This document shows positions 1 to 14,086 of a DNA stretch of 64,000 bases, in pieces; the first letter of the stretch is position 1, and each line of letters begins with the position of its first letter. This DNA is from Podarcis vaucheri (Eukaryota). The stretch lies in NCBI GenBank assembly GCA_965113315.1, contig OZ220365.1; one strand, 5' to 3'. The translations under genes and the position numbers were made by a program. The notes beneath the pieces are model-generated. The model searched no databases. It saw only the letters and a list, made by a program, of their open reading frames with translations, and was not told where the DNA came from.

Positions 1-1303
1 GCTCCGAGCTATTAGGAAAGCACACTGAGGGCACATGTCTAACTCCCTGATGTTGATGCCTGAGAAGGAGGAGGGTTTAAGATGGTGTGCAGATGCTTCT
101 CTACTGGTCTCCATGAGTGAAAGGGAGAGTGGCTGATGGGACAAGGTCTTCCACAGTGAAGTCACCAAGCACTGCCCTGGTGGAAGGGAAGTTATTACTG
201 CTGGTTTTTCTGCTGGGGGTCATAGCTGGGAGAAACATCCACAACAGGGTGTTTTAGGGTGTGGCACCAGAGTCTTTGCATCCATAGGATGCAAAGTCCC
301 ACAGATCCCCTGAGGGGCCTGTTTGCCCTCAGGTGCCCCAGATGATACTACATAAAAATGTCCTTTCCACACTGGACACCACAAGCATTGGGACTTGGGG
401 TGCAGTGGTGCATTGCTCTGCTGCTCCAGGGCTGGGGTTTCTGTGTGACCCTTAGATATTTAGGGTTATACTTTCAGAAGCTGGTTGGAGAAACAAGTAA
501 TGCAAATTTTAGTACTGCAGTGTCAGTGACGATTAAAAAAAAAGTAGATAAATAGATGTTATGTTCCCAAATGTTTATAATTCACTTAGATTTCTTGTAA
601 TGTTTAAATGAAGGGGGGGGACTTGCTAGGTCCAAGCATGCATCCCGATAGCAATTGTTTACTTCAATTCAAAATGACACATTCAGAAATGATGGCATCC
701 ATTTGTTCTGCTAGATACTCTGTCTCCCTTGCCTATGCTTCTTAATTTCCTTCTCCTTCTGTTACTAGTCTTATGACTAAATGCTTCAATTTATTCGCCA
801 TACAATGTCACTACACTCGATTTTGGTCATTTATTACATTTTCTCTCTCTAGCTTTACAGTATGGCTAAGGTGTAAGTGGGGGGAGGGGGGAAGAGTGCT
901 TTAAAGACATTGCAATGTATCAAGGTTTTCAATTTGATGCTCCCAGGCCCTTGAGGAGTCAGGAACGTGTTTCACCGAGGTCGCGGAAACTTTCTTCTTT
1001 TTTAAATTTTATTTTGCGCCCTTTCATCTCAAGGTTGCCAGATGTCTCCCCAGATGGGAGCTTCGGTATGATAAAGCAGGTATCTTAGCTTACTGCAAGT
1101 AAACAACTGAGTCCTAAAGCCTACCACAAAGTAGAACAGCTATACATAGAACACTGTGCAAGTTATAATAACTGTGCAAGTTAAAATCTAATCAGCCAAC
1201 ACAAATTACCCAATAGATACAAATAACATTCAGCATTCACGGAAGTAGGATCAGTCTAAATGGATTCTCCACACCGGGCTAAGCAATCGGACTTAACACA
1301 AAA

Positions 1304-1461
1304 GGGCTGTAGCTCAGCAGTACAGTATCTGCCGTGGAAGCTGAAGGTCCGGGGTTCAGTCCCTGTAATCTCCAGGCAGGGCTGGAAAGACTACCTGCTG
1401 GAAACCCTGGAGAGCCACTGCAATGGTCTGACTCTGTATAAGGCAGCTTCCAAAGTTCCTA
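1304..1461 (+). mobile_element. tRNA-derived squamate SINE with CR1-like tail (Squam2/Anolis SINE2-like), internally deleted
   Basis: tRNA-like head (gtagctcagcag...ggttcagtccc) and 3' block aatggtctgactctgtataaggcagcttcc, shared with copies at 32.5 and 54.0 kb. Confidence 0.75.
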
Positions 1462-4400
1462 TAAAGTGGGCAGTGTGGATTCCCTACCCACCATTCTATG
1501 CCATGCTTCTTTCAGGAGGCTGTAAATTAACGAGTTCTGTTCATAGGAATAAGTCTCAGACTATTGGCCCATTATTGTCTGCTCTGCTGATAGCACCTCT
1601 CAGGCAGACATCTTTTACACCACCAGCTTCCTGGTCCTTTTCTTTAACTGGGGGTGCTAGGGAGTGAACCAGGCAAAGCACAAGCTCTCCAATAGAGATA
1701 CTGGCTCTTCTTAAAGCAGCAGCACTTTGACTGGTGTTTACTCTGGCAAATGATGTGTTTCATGTGCAGCCAGCTCAGATGTGCCACAGAAGTAACTGCA
1801 GGGTGGATCAGCGCCTCTGCTCTGACCTTGGAGGAAATTTCAGCCTTAGCCCAAGTGATGTTAAACAGCCCAAGGCTGTTTCACGTGTTAAATGGTTTAA
1901 GGCAGAAGGCAGATAGGGATCTACTGGTGGAGCTCTGGGTGATTTGCAGTAGATCGACAAGGCGTTCCGATTCTAAATTGATTGCATGTTTGCAGATATA
2001 GGTTGTTGAATGATACCAACAACAAAAATGACTTTTTTATTCTACCTAGGCTAGGCTGTTAAAGTAAGTCAGCTAGCCAGGAGTGCACACTTGTGTGAAA
2101 GGACTGTACTGAAACCCAATTCCTAGACTCAGAATGTGCTCAGAGGCAGACTGTTTGTTGATTCTAACCTCATGACTTTTGCACCTGGCTCTAGCTGACA
2201 GGCCTGGGGTTCTACCCAAAAAATAAAATAGAGCCGTCAAGTCCAAAGTCTGCCCGTCCCTGTTTTAAAGTATGCTTGTAATGTGTTTTACCTGTAAAAA
2301 TGCAATGTGAAAAAATAAAACGAACATAGGATGTGGCAGCCCAGGAAAGATATATTTCTTAGCAGTCTTATATGCTGAAATTTTCAGCAATTTAAAAGAC
2401 GATGTGAAACTATTGCATTCCATTGTAGCATTAAATGTAAATTGGCACGAACAACATAAGCCCTACCACGGAAGAGGCACTTGCAATAAGAATTAAGATG
2501 AAATCCATAACCTCAGTGGCACTTGTCAAGCCCATTTCTCATTGCTCCTTTTGAAACTTGATTTCATCATATAGCAGAGAAGAAAGGGAAATGTATTGAT
2601 TGGAGCATAAAGCAGATGAACTCTTAAACAACGGTGAAATCACAGCCTGCCTCTGTAACTATAAAGAAAGAAACAGTCAGAAAGTAGGGCATCTATTGAA
2701 ACTATGCAAAGATTATACCTATATTATGCTATAATTGGAAAGGAGGCACAGGCTTTTAAGTCATAATGATTAAACTGTGGAAACTGAAAATATCAAGGAA
2801 TGGGGGGATGGAAAGAAATAGGCATGTAGGGGGGGACTTACTGACCTGCTCCCAAAATATCATTAAGATCTTTTGAAAACAGCCAAAATTCTGACATCTG
2901 AGAATAATTCCACTTGATCTCTTTGCCAAGCTTTGGCATGAAAGAAGAACTGGATTGTAAAGAAATGCTTTGCTTTCTTCCAAGTAGAAATGTGCCTTCT
3001 ATTCCCCACTAAAGACGCTGTCTAGTGACTGGGATTATTTCTTCCTGATAACCTTGCAAGTTTTAAAATTCTAGAGCCTAATTAAAAGTTCCCCACTAAC
3101 CCAAACTGCAGTAATAAGGAACACCAACTACTAGTCCCTTATCATCTCAGTAAGCGCTCCATTTCACCAGTCATCCTTTTGGAAGAGCATTACAAAATCC
3201 CTCGGTTTTATAGTCCTATCAGCAAATGCATATGGATGCGCACACACATCCAGGGAAAAAACCTTGCTGCTCATTAAAACCTTTTATCTTTCTTCTGACC
3301 AGGTTCTAAGAAGACCTGTGAATTAATATCCCTTTCCCAATATAAGATATTTTGCTCTTTCTCCGCCTTTAGAGGGATATGTAAAAATGTATTTACCTTT
3401 TTCAATATGTGCATTAATGGGAACTAGAATTGCAAGGTTAGGACATTCTATCATATGCTTGCATAGCTTGCTTTTGTGTTCTGAGAATGAGATTTCTTTA
3501 AAACCCGACATATTCCAAGCCAATTATTTAATCAATAATTGGAGCAAAATTATCTAGCGTTGTAGCTTGACTAGGGAAGCGAGAGAAGAGGGGGGAATTG
3601 CTGCAGGTGGCCTATACAGCTCATTTTGAAGTTAGCTCTCCTAAGCTTACGCAGCGGTCTTGAAGAATATTAATATAGTGTAATGCACCAAAGTACCCTT
3701 AGGGTGTTCACCTGCCATGGAATTTAATTTATTTTATATCTCATCTAATAGCCTGAATCTCCTCAATTAGGTAAATATAATGTGAAAATGTTTCCTTGTT
3801 TCTCTAAGGAGTTTAAAACCTGGAAGGTCATTCCCACAGAATTTCCTTCCTAGTACATAATTGGGTTGAAAATTGAGTCTCTGTGTGTTTCCTTCTCTTA
3901 AAGTGAATGCTGAAAGTGCAGAATGTGATTGATCCACCTCCATATGCTGTGACGGAACAACTGTTGTGTAGATGGGCAAAAGGCATGAATATTGCAGAGA
4001 ATTCAGCAAGGTATTATATTAAGGCTCTCTTGGATTGAGAGACAGGTTGCAAGAAGACACCCCCATATTTTCAGCAGGCTACCGCACATGTGTAATAAGC
4101 TAAGTGGCATTGCTGCATGGATATGTACAGAGGTTGTGTGGCAAAGACTGTAACTTTCATATAATTATGCCTATTGACTGGTGTTTAGATGAAGGTTATA
4201 TCTTGTGGGGGACATAGCCAGAGAAAGATGGCTGTACAGTATTTGGTGGAATGAAACATAGAGGAAAAGGAAGAGCTCCATCTATTGGTACAGAAAGAAA
4301 TATATTACAAAGGATTCAACTCTCATCACTATTTCTGCATTTCCATTTTCAGATCTGAGGTACTTCAAAATAAACAGAAGAGTTGAGAAGCAGGAACAAT

Positions 4401-4645
4401 TGCTACACTACTTTCCTAAGTACTCATTTCCTGCAACTGTATCCTCAAAGTCCTGTTGTCCAGAGCACTAGAATCTGGAGCAGTTTGAGCAAAGTCTTTC
4501 CACAGTCTCCCCATGATATACTCTCCCAATCCCAATTCCTTCCTTTATTTCTAGCCAATTTCTTTCATTAAAAATTGTCTGTTTGCTCTTTTCATCCACC
4601 CGCACAATCTTACAGATGCCTAAACCTTAAATTTTGGATTGCACC

Positions 4646-4777
4646 CAGAGCTTTTTTCCAGGGGTGCTAAAGCGTATGCAGTACCGACACCTCTTTTTCT
4701 GTTGTTAAAAAGTGTGGCACTTACAACAACTTCATGGTGAGTACTGGCACCTATTTTTCTAGAGAGAAAAAGCACTG
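4646..4777. mobile_element. hAT-type MITE, 132 bp
   Basis: Terminal inverted repeats (TIRs) cagagcttttt / aaaaagcactg; 8-bp TSD attgcacc (4638-4645) / actgcacc (4778-4785), one mismatch. Confidence 0.75.
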
Positions 4778-5219
4778 ACTGCACCTGAACATGGAAATGA
4801 ATAACACAAGACCAGACCACACACGATACATTCCCTGGAATGCTGCCAAAACCCATGTAAAGGACCAATGTCGCATGGCAGTCCCCACTCTCAATGCCTC
4901 CAGCCCACATTTCTGGCAGCAGCCAGAAGGCACAGAGATTCTCCATATAGTGGCAGCCATAGGGACAGCAGAGGAAATGGTTGAAAACAAACTATCAAGT
5001 GGGGTTTCTCCTGTGCGTTCTTTTGAACCCAATCCCCACCTGGACTATTGCTAAGAATGTTTTTTGCCTTAGCTCATTCAAACATTTTTTAGCATGCACA
5101 CATGCTAGAATATTGTTATAAACATATTCGCAGATGTATAATTGCCACTCCCAATTGCCATTTCAAAGTCTATTTCAGTTTGCATGGAAAAGCCATGTGA
5201 CATTATTCTCCCTTTGGTC

Positions 5220-5440
5220 CAAGATGGTGTAGTGGTGAGAGTGTTGGACTGGGATCTGTGAAACCAGAGTTCAAATCCCAACTGAGCCATGAGACTCATT
5301 GGATGACCTTGGGCCACACACTATTGCTCAGTCTAAACTACCCCACAGGGTTGTTGTGAGGATGAAATGAAGACCAAATGAGAATGAAATATACACTACC
5401 TTGAGCCCCTCAAACGAAAGGTGATATACAAATGTAAGAA
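5220..5440 (+). mobile_element. Ther1/MIR-derived SINE (Squam3-like)
   Basis: A box tggtgtagtgg, B box gttcaaatcc, CORE-like gaccttgggc...cagggttgttgtgaggat, L2-like tail. Confidence 0.75.
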
Positions 5441-6299
5441 TGAACATGGAGAAAGAGAGAGAACAACTAACCTTTGAGACTTGCTTTATGTAGCAGGAAC
5501 CAAAAATAAAATAAGCAGGGATGGTGGAGGGAGAAGTGGAGAAACTGCACCAGAGCAAGAGAGGGCAAAAACCCACAGGCGAGTTTTAAGAAGTAGATGT
5601 GCTTCAAGTATGACATTCTGGTACAGAGGAAATTGAATCCATCTATTCTTGATAAAGGTGGCTTCATTATTCAACTTTGCTTCACAATGACACTTATGAA
5701 AGATGAAGCCATCCCTATCTCATGAAGATAAATTCATGATCGGTGGTATCATTTTAGTATATTCCCTTTATAAAGAAAATCTTCTTAACAGATGGCAGGG
5801 GGGGATCGTATTTTTAACTTCAGTGCTACATGAAGAAGGGGGAAATGATTCATAAATAATTGAGGGGTGATATCTGGGGTGAATGTATACAGTGCCCCAG
5901 TGCAAAGGAGGATCATATAATTGTGTTATAACAGAAGTAGGAAGCCAGTGGGCCACCAGTTAGTGTTAGACTCCAACTCCTATCAGTCTCAACCAGGATA
6001 GACAAGGTCAGGAATGATGATAGTTATGGTTCAGAAACATTTGGAGGGGCAGAGGCTTAAAATTAGGTTTGCTGCTCTTCAGCTTTAGCAGTGTGGGCTC
6101 ACATTAACTGTTGCTATGCAGGCTGAGTAATTTTCTCCTCACTAGATTTGCTCACTTTGCGAATGTTAAGAAAGCTGCAAAGCACTCCATTCCTTAAGCT
6201 GCCCGTTGTGGTGGATCCTTTCTAGTCTCCAGCCACTTTAGCTCTTCTCTGTACCCACAAAACCACCACTGTAAGTGCAGAACTGCAGGGCCACCTTCG

Positions 6300-6490
6300 G
6301 GGACCAAGTGTGATTTTTTGCCCAATTTTTGCTCATCCTTTCTGAATGCAAAATATGTGTTTATTAGGAGAAAATTACACTGTTTTCAAGACTATGTTTT
6401 TAAAAGAAAATGCTGCAGAAATGTAGAAAACTAAACTTGGAATTAGAAAATTGAGACAACTGAAATCAACAGGTTTGCAAATCCCTGTCC
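6300..6490 (-). repeat. Unclassified squamate interspersed repeat, probably a non-autonomous DNA element
   Basis: Resembles the reverse complement of 16068-16210 (gcagaaatgtagaaaactaaacttggaa vs ttccaaatattaaattcagtttgccacatttc). Confidence 0.4.
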
Positions 6491-7932
6491 TTGATCTCCC
6501 CAATTTGTACATGTGTGAAATGATATATCTGCCCCTGTAAAAAACATATGCACTACCACAGAGGGTGTGGCAGGCAAGAGTGATCTAGAAAAAGGAAGAG
6601 GCCTTGAACTGAATCCTCCATCCCTATTTTTCCTGTAATGATCATTGCAAGGCAGGATAGGGGAGTCAGAAAGCATTTTCCACCCGTGAGGCTGAAATTG
6701 ATTTTGAGCCTCTCCTGCACTATATGAATGCCTGATCATGGCCCATGCAGAATAGAAAGCAGAGAAAAGAGGCATTTCTCATTCAGACCAATGTAGGTTT
6801 TACATTGACATTTAACCTGATTCGAGCAAGAAAGGCTGTTTCAAGAGGCTAGCTTGCATAATGGATGTCAAATTCTCTCTCCTCTCTGTGACATCCTACA
6901 TTAGGAGGGGGATATGGCTGTAGAATGTGGCCTCCTTCCTTCTTCGCTCTGTGCAAGGCTAGTGTAGCCAGGCATGTGCTAGGCAGCATAGATGATCAAG
7001 CTGTTCTATCCTTGTATGCCAAACAAAAAGATTCATATGTCTTATCTAAGTGGGCTACACAGAGATGGTTCAGTGTTTGCCTGTGTCTTCATTATACCTT
7101 TTTCAAAGTTTTGCAATGTAGCCATTAAAATCTGTTTCAGGCTGAAACTTGGCACACCATTATATGAAGCATACAAAGCAAGGAAAAATGGATTTAATTT
7201 CCTGCAAATTATTGCAGCCTGCCCCTGTTCAGGAGAAAGGAATATGTTCGCTTGCTTTGATTCCACATGCATAAGCAGTTAATGGAAATTTCTTCTTCTT
7301 GGTCTACAATCTGCACATTTTATAAGCTGGTGCTGTCGTGAGCTATACAACCAAGCATTTAAAATATACACACAGCGAAAACCCTACAGCTCTATGCATA
7401 TATGATCAAACAGAAGTTGCATCCTTGCAAGTAAATGAGAGTTATGTTGACAGACTAAGAACAGATTAAACTTGATTAGAGATTCTCAAACTTCATAAAA
7501 GTGAAGGCCCACGAGTAAACTGATATTGCAAACATATAGACTGAGATTCCAGTGGATTTTACCAGCTACTTGCAGGTTCAAGGGTGATCTAGCTGTTGTC
7601 AGAATCGGGTCTTTTACAGGTCTTCTAACCCCATATAAGTTAGAAACCAGAAAGACTCATGCAGAGTACTTCTGCACACCCAGAATGGAGCATGTGAGAA
7701 TTTCCCCTTAAAGTTTCCACTATTTAACCAAAATTTCTAACTCTCAGTGGTTGCAAGTTGTTGTGGGGGTATTTTGTTTTTTTAATCTGAGAAGCAGGAC
7801 AGGTCATGGAAAGGTCTCCACACTGAAGTCAGTTAAATTGCGACTTCAGCATACCGAGGGAGAACGGGATGCATACATCCTATTATAACAAACATTATAA
7901 AAATGTTGGAAGTAACAACACAGGCTTAAGTA

Positions 7933-8270
7933 AAAGGTAAAGGTAACCCTAGACAGACTCTAGGGTTGTGCGCTCATCTCACTCTAGAGGCCGGGAGCCA
8001 GCGCTGTCCGGAGACACTTCCAGGTCACGTGGCCAGCATGACAAGCTGCATCTGGCGAGCCACCACAGCACACAGAACGACATTTACCTTCCCGCTGGTA
8101 AGCGGTCCCTATTTATCTACTTGCGCCCGGGGGTGCTTTCGAACTGCTAGGTTGGCAGGCGCTGGGACCGAACGACGGGAGCGCACCCCGCCGCGGAGAT
8201 TCGAACTGCCGACCATGCGATCGGCAAGTCCTAGGCGCTGAGGTTTTACCCACAGCGCCACCTGCGTCCC
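7933..8270 (-). mobile_element. Sauria SINE (subfamily distinct from the other three copies)
   Basis: (accttt)n tail seen as aaaggtaaaggt; core cttcccgctgg...cctatttatctacttgc...gctttcgaactgctaggttggcagg; 5' end gggacgcaggtggcgctgtggg; flanking repeat ttaagta. Confidence 0.93.
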
Positions 8271-8429
8271 TTAAGTACTGGCTTAAGTACTGTTTGTGAA
8301 TTGCCAGTTAAGGGAGGGAAAGAATGTATAGTGTGGTTTCCCTGAGGGTCCAGCTTCCATAGATTGCAAAGGACACGTACAGGCAGGACAGCAAATGCAC
8401 TGGGCTAAATCATCCAGCTGGGCAACTGG

Positions 8430-8710
8430 CAATTGAGACTTTGCCTCTTTGATTCATGCCTTGGTATCTTCTAGATTAGATTCTTCTAATAGCCTCTACA
8501 TAGGACTGCCTTTGAAGACGGTTCAAAAAGTACAGCTGACCCAGGATTCAGCAGTCAGGGTAAGATTGTAAGGACCACATTACATATATCCTTGAAGAGT
8601 TGTAGAGGTTACCTGTTGCTTTCTGGACAAAATTCCAAGTGCTAACCTGAATTCTCAAAGCTCTTTACACATACTAGGTCCTGCTTATTTGAAGAAAGAC
8701 CTCCTTTCAT
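8430..8710 (+). mobile_element. Old L2 LINE ORF2 C-terminal fragment
   Basis: Translates as [37 protein letters not shown], the typical L2 HALVxSRLDYCN...LQxxQNAAAR region. Confidence 0.8.
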
Positions 8711-9079
8711 AGATAGGATCTGCCCATGTGATGCCCACCTAGCGGAAACTCTAGCTCACATGGCCCTTAATTATAAAATATATGATGGTCTCCACCAACA
8801 ATTCTTAGACATGGAAACTAGAGACAGAGGTTATACGCTTCTTATTACAGGGGAGAGACCAGGAGCTCACCAAGACAGTAGCCAAGTTCCTCTATTTGAT
8901 TTTCTGCCGCCGAAGTACACTAGAGGACCCCTGCCCTTGCTGGTGTCCCACAGAGGTGAAACAGATGGCTCGCCTCTTCTTCCCTTTGGCAAATGACTGT
9001 ACTGTTGAAATGGCGACAAGATCGCATTGGCCTGTTTATTCTGAATGTTTGTAAGTGATGCCAATAAAGGTTTGATGAT
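8711..9079 (+). mobile_element. 5'-truncated RTE-X-like LINE 3' end inserted at the edge of the L2 relic
   Basis: DRICPCDAHLAETLAHMALNYKIYDGLHQQFL (decayed Cys/His motif), then in another frame FLLQGRDQELTKTVAKFL; aataaa and (tga)n tail; 13-bp TSD gacctYctttcat at 8698-8710 and 9080-9092. Confidence 0.7.
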
Positions 9080-9585
9080 GACCTTCTTTCATGGGATACT
9101 AAAGAGGCTCTTTAGCAAGTACCCTTGCCACACAAGACTCCAGCTTGCCTATACACATCCCTCTCTATCTTTACAAAGCAGGCAAACCCTGTTATATTTT
9201 GGAAGGAATTTGCCTTGGCAGATGCTGTGCTTAAACGATGGGTTAGATGCTGCACTTAAACGAGACTGTTGCTTTAGCCTAGTAACCACTTTCTCTACAG
9301 CAGGTTTATTACAATCAATGAGTTCTCTCAGAGGTGCCGGATTATAAACAACATAAGATCCGCATCTGGTATAGTAAACAAACATAGCTGTTCCTGAAGT
9401 TAGTTTTAATCTTTCTTCCCCCACATCTGTTTTTATGTGTGTGTGTTTTATGTATAAAAAAGGGAGGGCACACTTCTGAAATAAAGGCAGGTGTCATTCA
9501 TTTAACAACAAAGCAGTACTTTCTGTTAGATCAAGTTGCTACCTATCTCTATATCCTTACATAAATGAAGTAATTCAGAGATTTC

Positions 9586-9750
9586 GACTCTACATACACC
9601 GTACAATTAAATCACACACACCCCTCCCAAAGAATCATAAGAACTGTAGTTTGTCAAAGGTGCTGGGAACTGTAGCTCTATGAAGAGTAAGCTATAATTC
9701 CCATGATTCTTTTGCGGAGATGCTTTAATTGTCTGGTGTTCATGCAGCCT
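9586..9750. mobile_element. Palindromic MITE family A (aagaatcctgggaactgtagttt...cccaggattctt)
   Basis: Self-complementary; related copies at 19238-19400, 22350-22455 and 31405-31546. Confidence 0.65.
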
Positions 9751-11964
9751 TTGTTATCAGTTTATTATTAAAACAGTTTCTAAGGCATTTGCACAACTTT
9801 GAAAACATAATACATGCAAAAGTTGGATAGCACATTGGAATGCATTAGGGAGGGCCAGGGGGAATTCAATGAGACAAAACTTATTTTTCCAGCTCTTCAC
9901 ACCAGGGTTTATGGTGCTTGCAAGGGATACTATAAATGTCTAGACGGGGTATTTTTAGCATTCACAGTCATTGTAGAAAAAGAAGAGTCTAGGAATAAAA
10001 CATTAAAGCAAACTCTCAGTACAATGGAACAGGTTTTATCTTTTAGTGAGTAACAAAAGGTGCCTGGTGAATAGTATTTTGAGAAGAAGGGCCCTCTGCA
10101 TAAATCAACCAGGCATCAACCTAACTAGAGTAGAATGGGCACATATCTACTGTCGGTCCTGTTCAGTTCATGTAAGGCGGGGGTGGCTAACTTGTGGCCC
10201 TGCAAACTATGCTGAGCTATCAATCTTACCATCCCTAACTGGCTGGGGTCACCCATACAGCTGCCATCCCTGATATTCAAGGATTACATTAAAGAAGGGG
10301 AGGACTGAACCCTAACACACTCAAAAAAGTTACACAAGCTGCTTTGGGAGGAAGTGATTGGAAGATGTTAGAGCTGTGAGTAAAGGAGGCAAGGGGAACA
10401 CTTTTCAGCCTCAGGGCCACATTCCCTTCTGGGCAACCTTCTAAGAGCCAGGAGTGGGTAGGGCCAGAGGCAAAAGCAGGCAGAGCAACTAATGTACATT
10501 TTGTTTTTATGGTACACCACACCTTTTCTGCACCCACCCTCCTCACTATCTTCCACTCCAGCTAAGAGGCCTCACCACTTCTCACTCCCCACTCCCTTCG
10601 CACCTCTCTGCCTTCTGCTTCCTCCTGCAATGGCAGCGGGAATCAAGCAAGCATACACAGAGTGGCTGCTTCTCTGCCGGCTTGCCTCATTAAAGCCTTT
10701 CGCAACAGTGCTGTGCATAATATGCTGGGAGTTGGGGCAGGGCAGCCCAGAACAACAGTAAGCACATGCTATTATCGCTACTGGGATACCAGCTCCGAAG
10801 TATGGTAATGGTGGGACAATTTAGGGGGCACCCCCAGTACCTGTTTTCTTTCTGTTTGTTTCCTCACTCTGCCTAATGGTAAGCTTAGGTCATTTGCTTG
10901 ATCTAGTCCAGTTTCACTTGGGGATGATTTCCACTGGAGAAACTGTGAGCAGCAAAAATATTAAAGGTCAATTGGGTTTATCTTATTCTGTTTATTTCAA
11001 CAGGAGAATAATTCACTGCTGACATCTCTTAAGGCTCTGGAATGCAGAAAATGCTTGATGAACTACATTCCTTTGCAATTCACTCTTCAGTTATGTTTGT
11101 ATAATTGGACTTAAAACCTGACCCAGATGATTCAGTAGCTCACATTATTAGGTCCTGATCTTCAGGGAACTGAGCCTAATTGTACTCTATGGACTTTGCA
11201 GTGTCTGCCATCGTAGTAACAGCGTCCTTGCAACAACACAGGGTACCCACACATACCGGCAATGATGTCAGAGCAGAACAAGGGTTGCAGATGCCATGGG
11301 ACATCCCAAACATCGGGCCACACAACAGCCAACCAACTAGGCTTGCCAACTGATCAGAAAAACAGACAGCTTGCACCTGTGCTTTTCACAGTGGATCAAT
11401 ATGCATAACTCAGTTTGTTAATCTTTCTATACATTAAGTTAAAGGCACAGCCTGTGACCAACTAAGATGGACCTACCGCTCAGGCCCTAATTATGCTACT
11501 ACTCCTAATTCTCTCCCTGGTTCCACCCCTTCTTTTGGTTCCTGTCTGTTCCTTCAACTTCATCCCCATACTAAGGAATCTGCTTCTTCCCCTTTCTTCA
11601 GCTCACTTCTACCCTTCTGGAGGCCCAAGATCTTAAGAGGAGAACAATCCCAGCCATCTTGGGCATTACAAGTTTAAACGGTCCTGTCTTTAGAAATATA
11701 ACGATACAAAGCCCTGAGCTGATAGTTACAAAAAGCACACCTGTAGCTTTGTAAGATGTTTTGTGGATTCGTTTATATAAAAAAAATTGAGAAAATAAAC
11801 ATTCATACATACATAGTCATACGTGCATACATTCTATCCCCAATTCACTATTCCTGTCCTATACAGTCGAATTTGCTTATCAGCTGAACCAAGTTGGCTC
11901 AAATATCCTGACTAAAGGAGAGCAACCTATTTCTGGTTTCTAAATCAACCATACATCAGATATC

Positions 11965-12135
11965 ATTGTTATTAATTAAATTTGTATACTGTCCTTCAGC
12001 CAAAGATCTCAGGGCAGTTCACAGCACAAAAATACAGAATAAAACCACAAGATACATAATATAAACAAGAAAAAGAACAAAGCAAACTAATAAACCCCCC
12101 CTTCACAAACACATTTAAAAGGACATAGACTGTTA
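11965..12135 (-). mobile_element. L2-like LINE 3' end
   Basis: ttattaattaaatttgtatactgtcc...gatctcagggcagttcaca, a typical reversed squamate L2 tail. Confidence 0.5.
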
Positions 12136-13479
12136 GTCATCATTTTAAGAACGTCATTTCCCTTGAGCACATGTTGATATCTGTCTTTTAACAGTGTAAC
12201 TCTAGTCCTACTCAGAAGTAAATACTGTTGTGCTCAGTGGAACTTTCAGGTGTTTGTGGAACTGTGGTCGCAAAGTATACCTGACAATTTAACTCAGGAG
12301 GAAAATGGTTTCCTGTAATTGTCTTGTTTATTTAAAAACACACATGCACAATTAAAGTAACTCCTGAGTTTTCACTCTTCCGGCACACTTTTATAAGCAC
12401 ACTAAACAAAGCTGGGCATTTTATCCGCTATCTGCTATGGGTGGTTGCATATAATCCTATAATTTCCAGTGAAATAATTAGAGGTTTAATTTTCCATTTC
12501 TTTCCACTGTGAGATGGCGTGTGGCTCTGAATGCTCACTCATGTCCGCATGGGTACACAGTTGGCATATGCATTGCTGTGAACCCAATACTTGCATCGTC
12601 TCTTTATGATTGGTTTTTTTAAAAAAACAGAACCTCAAAACAATTCCAAACAGTATTTAAAACCTACTGAATAATTTATCTTTCCTACTAAGTTTTAGTT
12701 TCCTAAAGAGTTCTTAATGGAAATGCCACTTATTCAATAATATATTTTACTGCTTGATTCAGAAATCTTTCAGTCCGAGGTTTAGAAACCATCCCAGTGT
12801 ATCCTCCAGATTCCAGAACAAGATTGATTCCAGATGAGCTGTTTCTTGAGCATTCATTATGATTTGTTTCCACAAAGTTTGTGGGGAGGATAGACAATGT
12901 TGTTCTGATTTTTATTTTATTTTTGTGGAGAGGTTAGATGATGTTGTGCTAAGTGATTGTTATCTTGCACTTTCCAATGCATTGCCCCATAACTTTTCTG
13001 ATCACAAAATGTCTGCTTGCAAGGTGGGGGTAGTGGGTTTGTTGCATAGCAGCACCAATTCTGTTTGAGTTTCACCTGAATTTGCCAGCATGTGATTGAA
13101 TCCCACCTGAAAAAAGGGACAGCCTGGAAGCTCCCTGAGAGATGGTGGAGGGTCACTCACCAAACCTAGTGGAATGGAGCTTCAGCAATCGTCTCCTGGA
13201 GACATCAGGTGGAAGGGAGAGGCAGCAAGGACTTCAGGGCCTCTTGGACACAATAGCAGAGCCAATGTGGTGCTCCCACTGGTGCAACCATACACAGCTT
13301 TAACCTCATTGCTGCATCTCCCCTTTCTGGAAGCAGTAGCAATACTATTGCAGGAAGGCCATTGCTTTAGCTCTGCTCCACCAACTGAGTCATTTCTGCT
13401 CACATCATTGAATCATCATAGAAATGACTAACTCACATTAAGAAAATGCAAACCACCAAATGGAAAAGGTCTTCCAGAG

Positions 13480-13760
13480 ATACCTGATGCCTGTTGAATC
13501 TCTGCTGGAAGAGAGTTCCCCAGAATGGGAGCAGCACCACTAAATACCTGTCTTCTAGTTCAGGCCAGCTGGACCTCTGCAACATAGGAGGATACCAAAC
13601 AGAGCTCCTCTGGATGTTCTCAGGAACTGGGCTGAGATATAAGGCCTCCGGCAGTCCTTATATCCTAGGCCCAGTTTTTTCAGGACTTTGTATATGAATA
13701 CAAGAACTTTGTAGAAAGTAAAAAGGAAACCTAGGATGGATTGTTGGAAATGCCAGCAGC
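13480..13760 (-). mobile_element. Old L2 LINE fragment
   Basis: Reversed L2 3' ORF motifs (gagagttccccagaatgggagcagcacc; ggcccagttttttcaggactttgtat). Confidence 0.55.
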
Positions 13761-14043
13761 TAGGTAGGAGGAAAGCAAACATTTGAACAGACCTTACCAG
13801 AGCTCATTTATCCTGAAGCAATCCTTTATGTTGTTAACATTATACCGCTGTTATAAAGAGGCGCCAACAATGGTCATTATCCTCCAATAATAACATTTTT
13901 TATCAGTATGCTGCAATGCCTTTCTACAAAGTAGGGCCACTCACCCCCTCTAAAATTTGACAAAAGGAGTACTGTCAAGATAAATGTTTGAAAAGGTTAG
14001 TGATGTAAACTTCCTGCTGTAATCCTTCTGAGATTGTCAGTAG

Positions 14044-14086
14044 TGTGTGTGTGTGTGTGTGTGTGTGTACGCACGCACGCACGCGC
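14044..14086. repeat. (GT)n followed by (GCAC)n compound microsatellite
   Basis: Directly visible. Confidence 0.95.

Noticed and set aside
1034-1079. Possible 46-nt micro-exon (ag...gt)
   Set aside because: Weak donor gtatct and no recognisable peptide.
3904-4010. Possible exon with acceptor and gtatta donor
   Set aside because: Stops in all frames from the acceptor; no homology.
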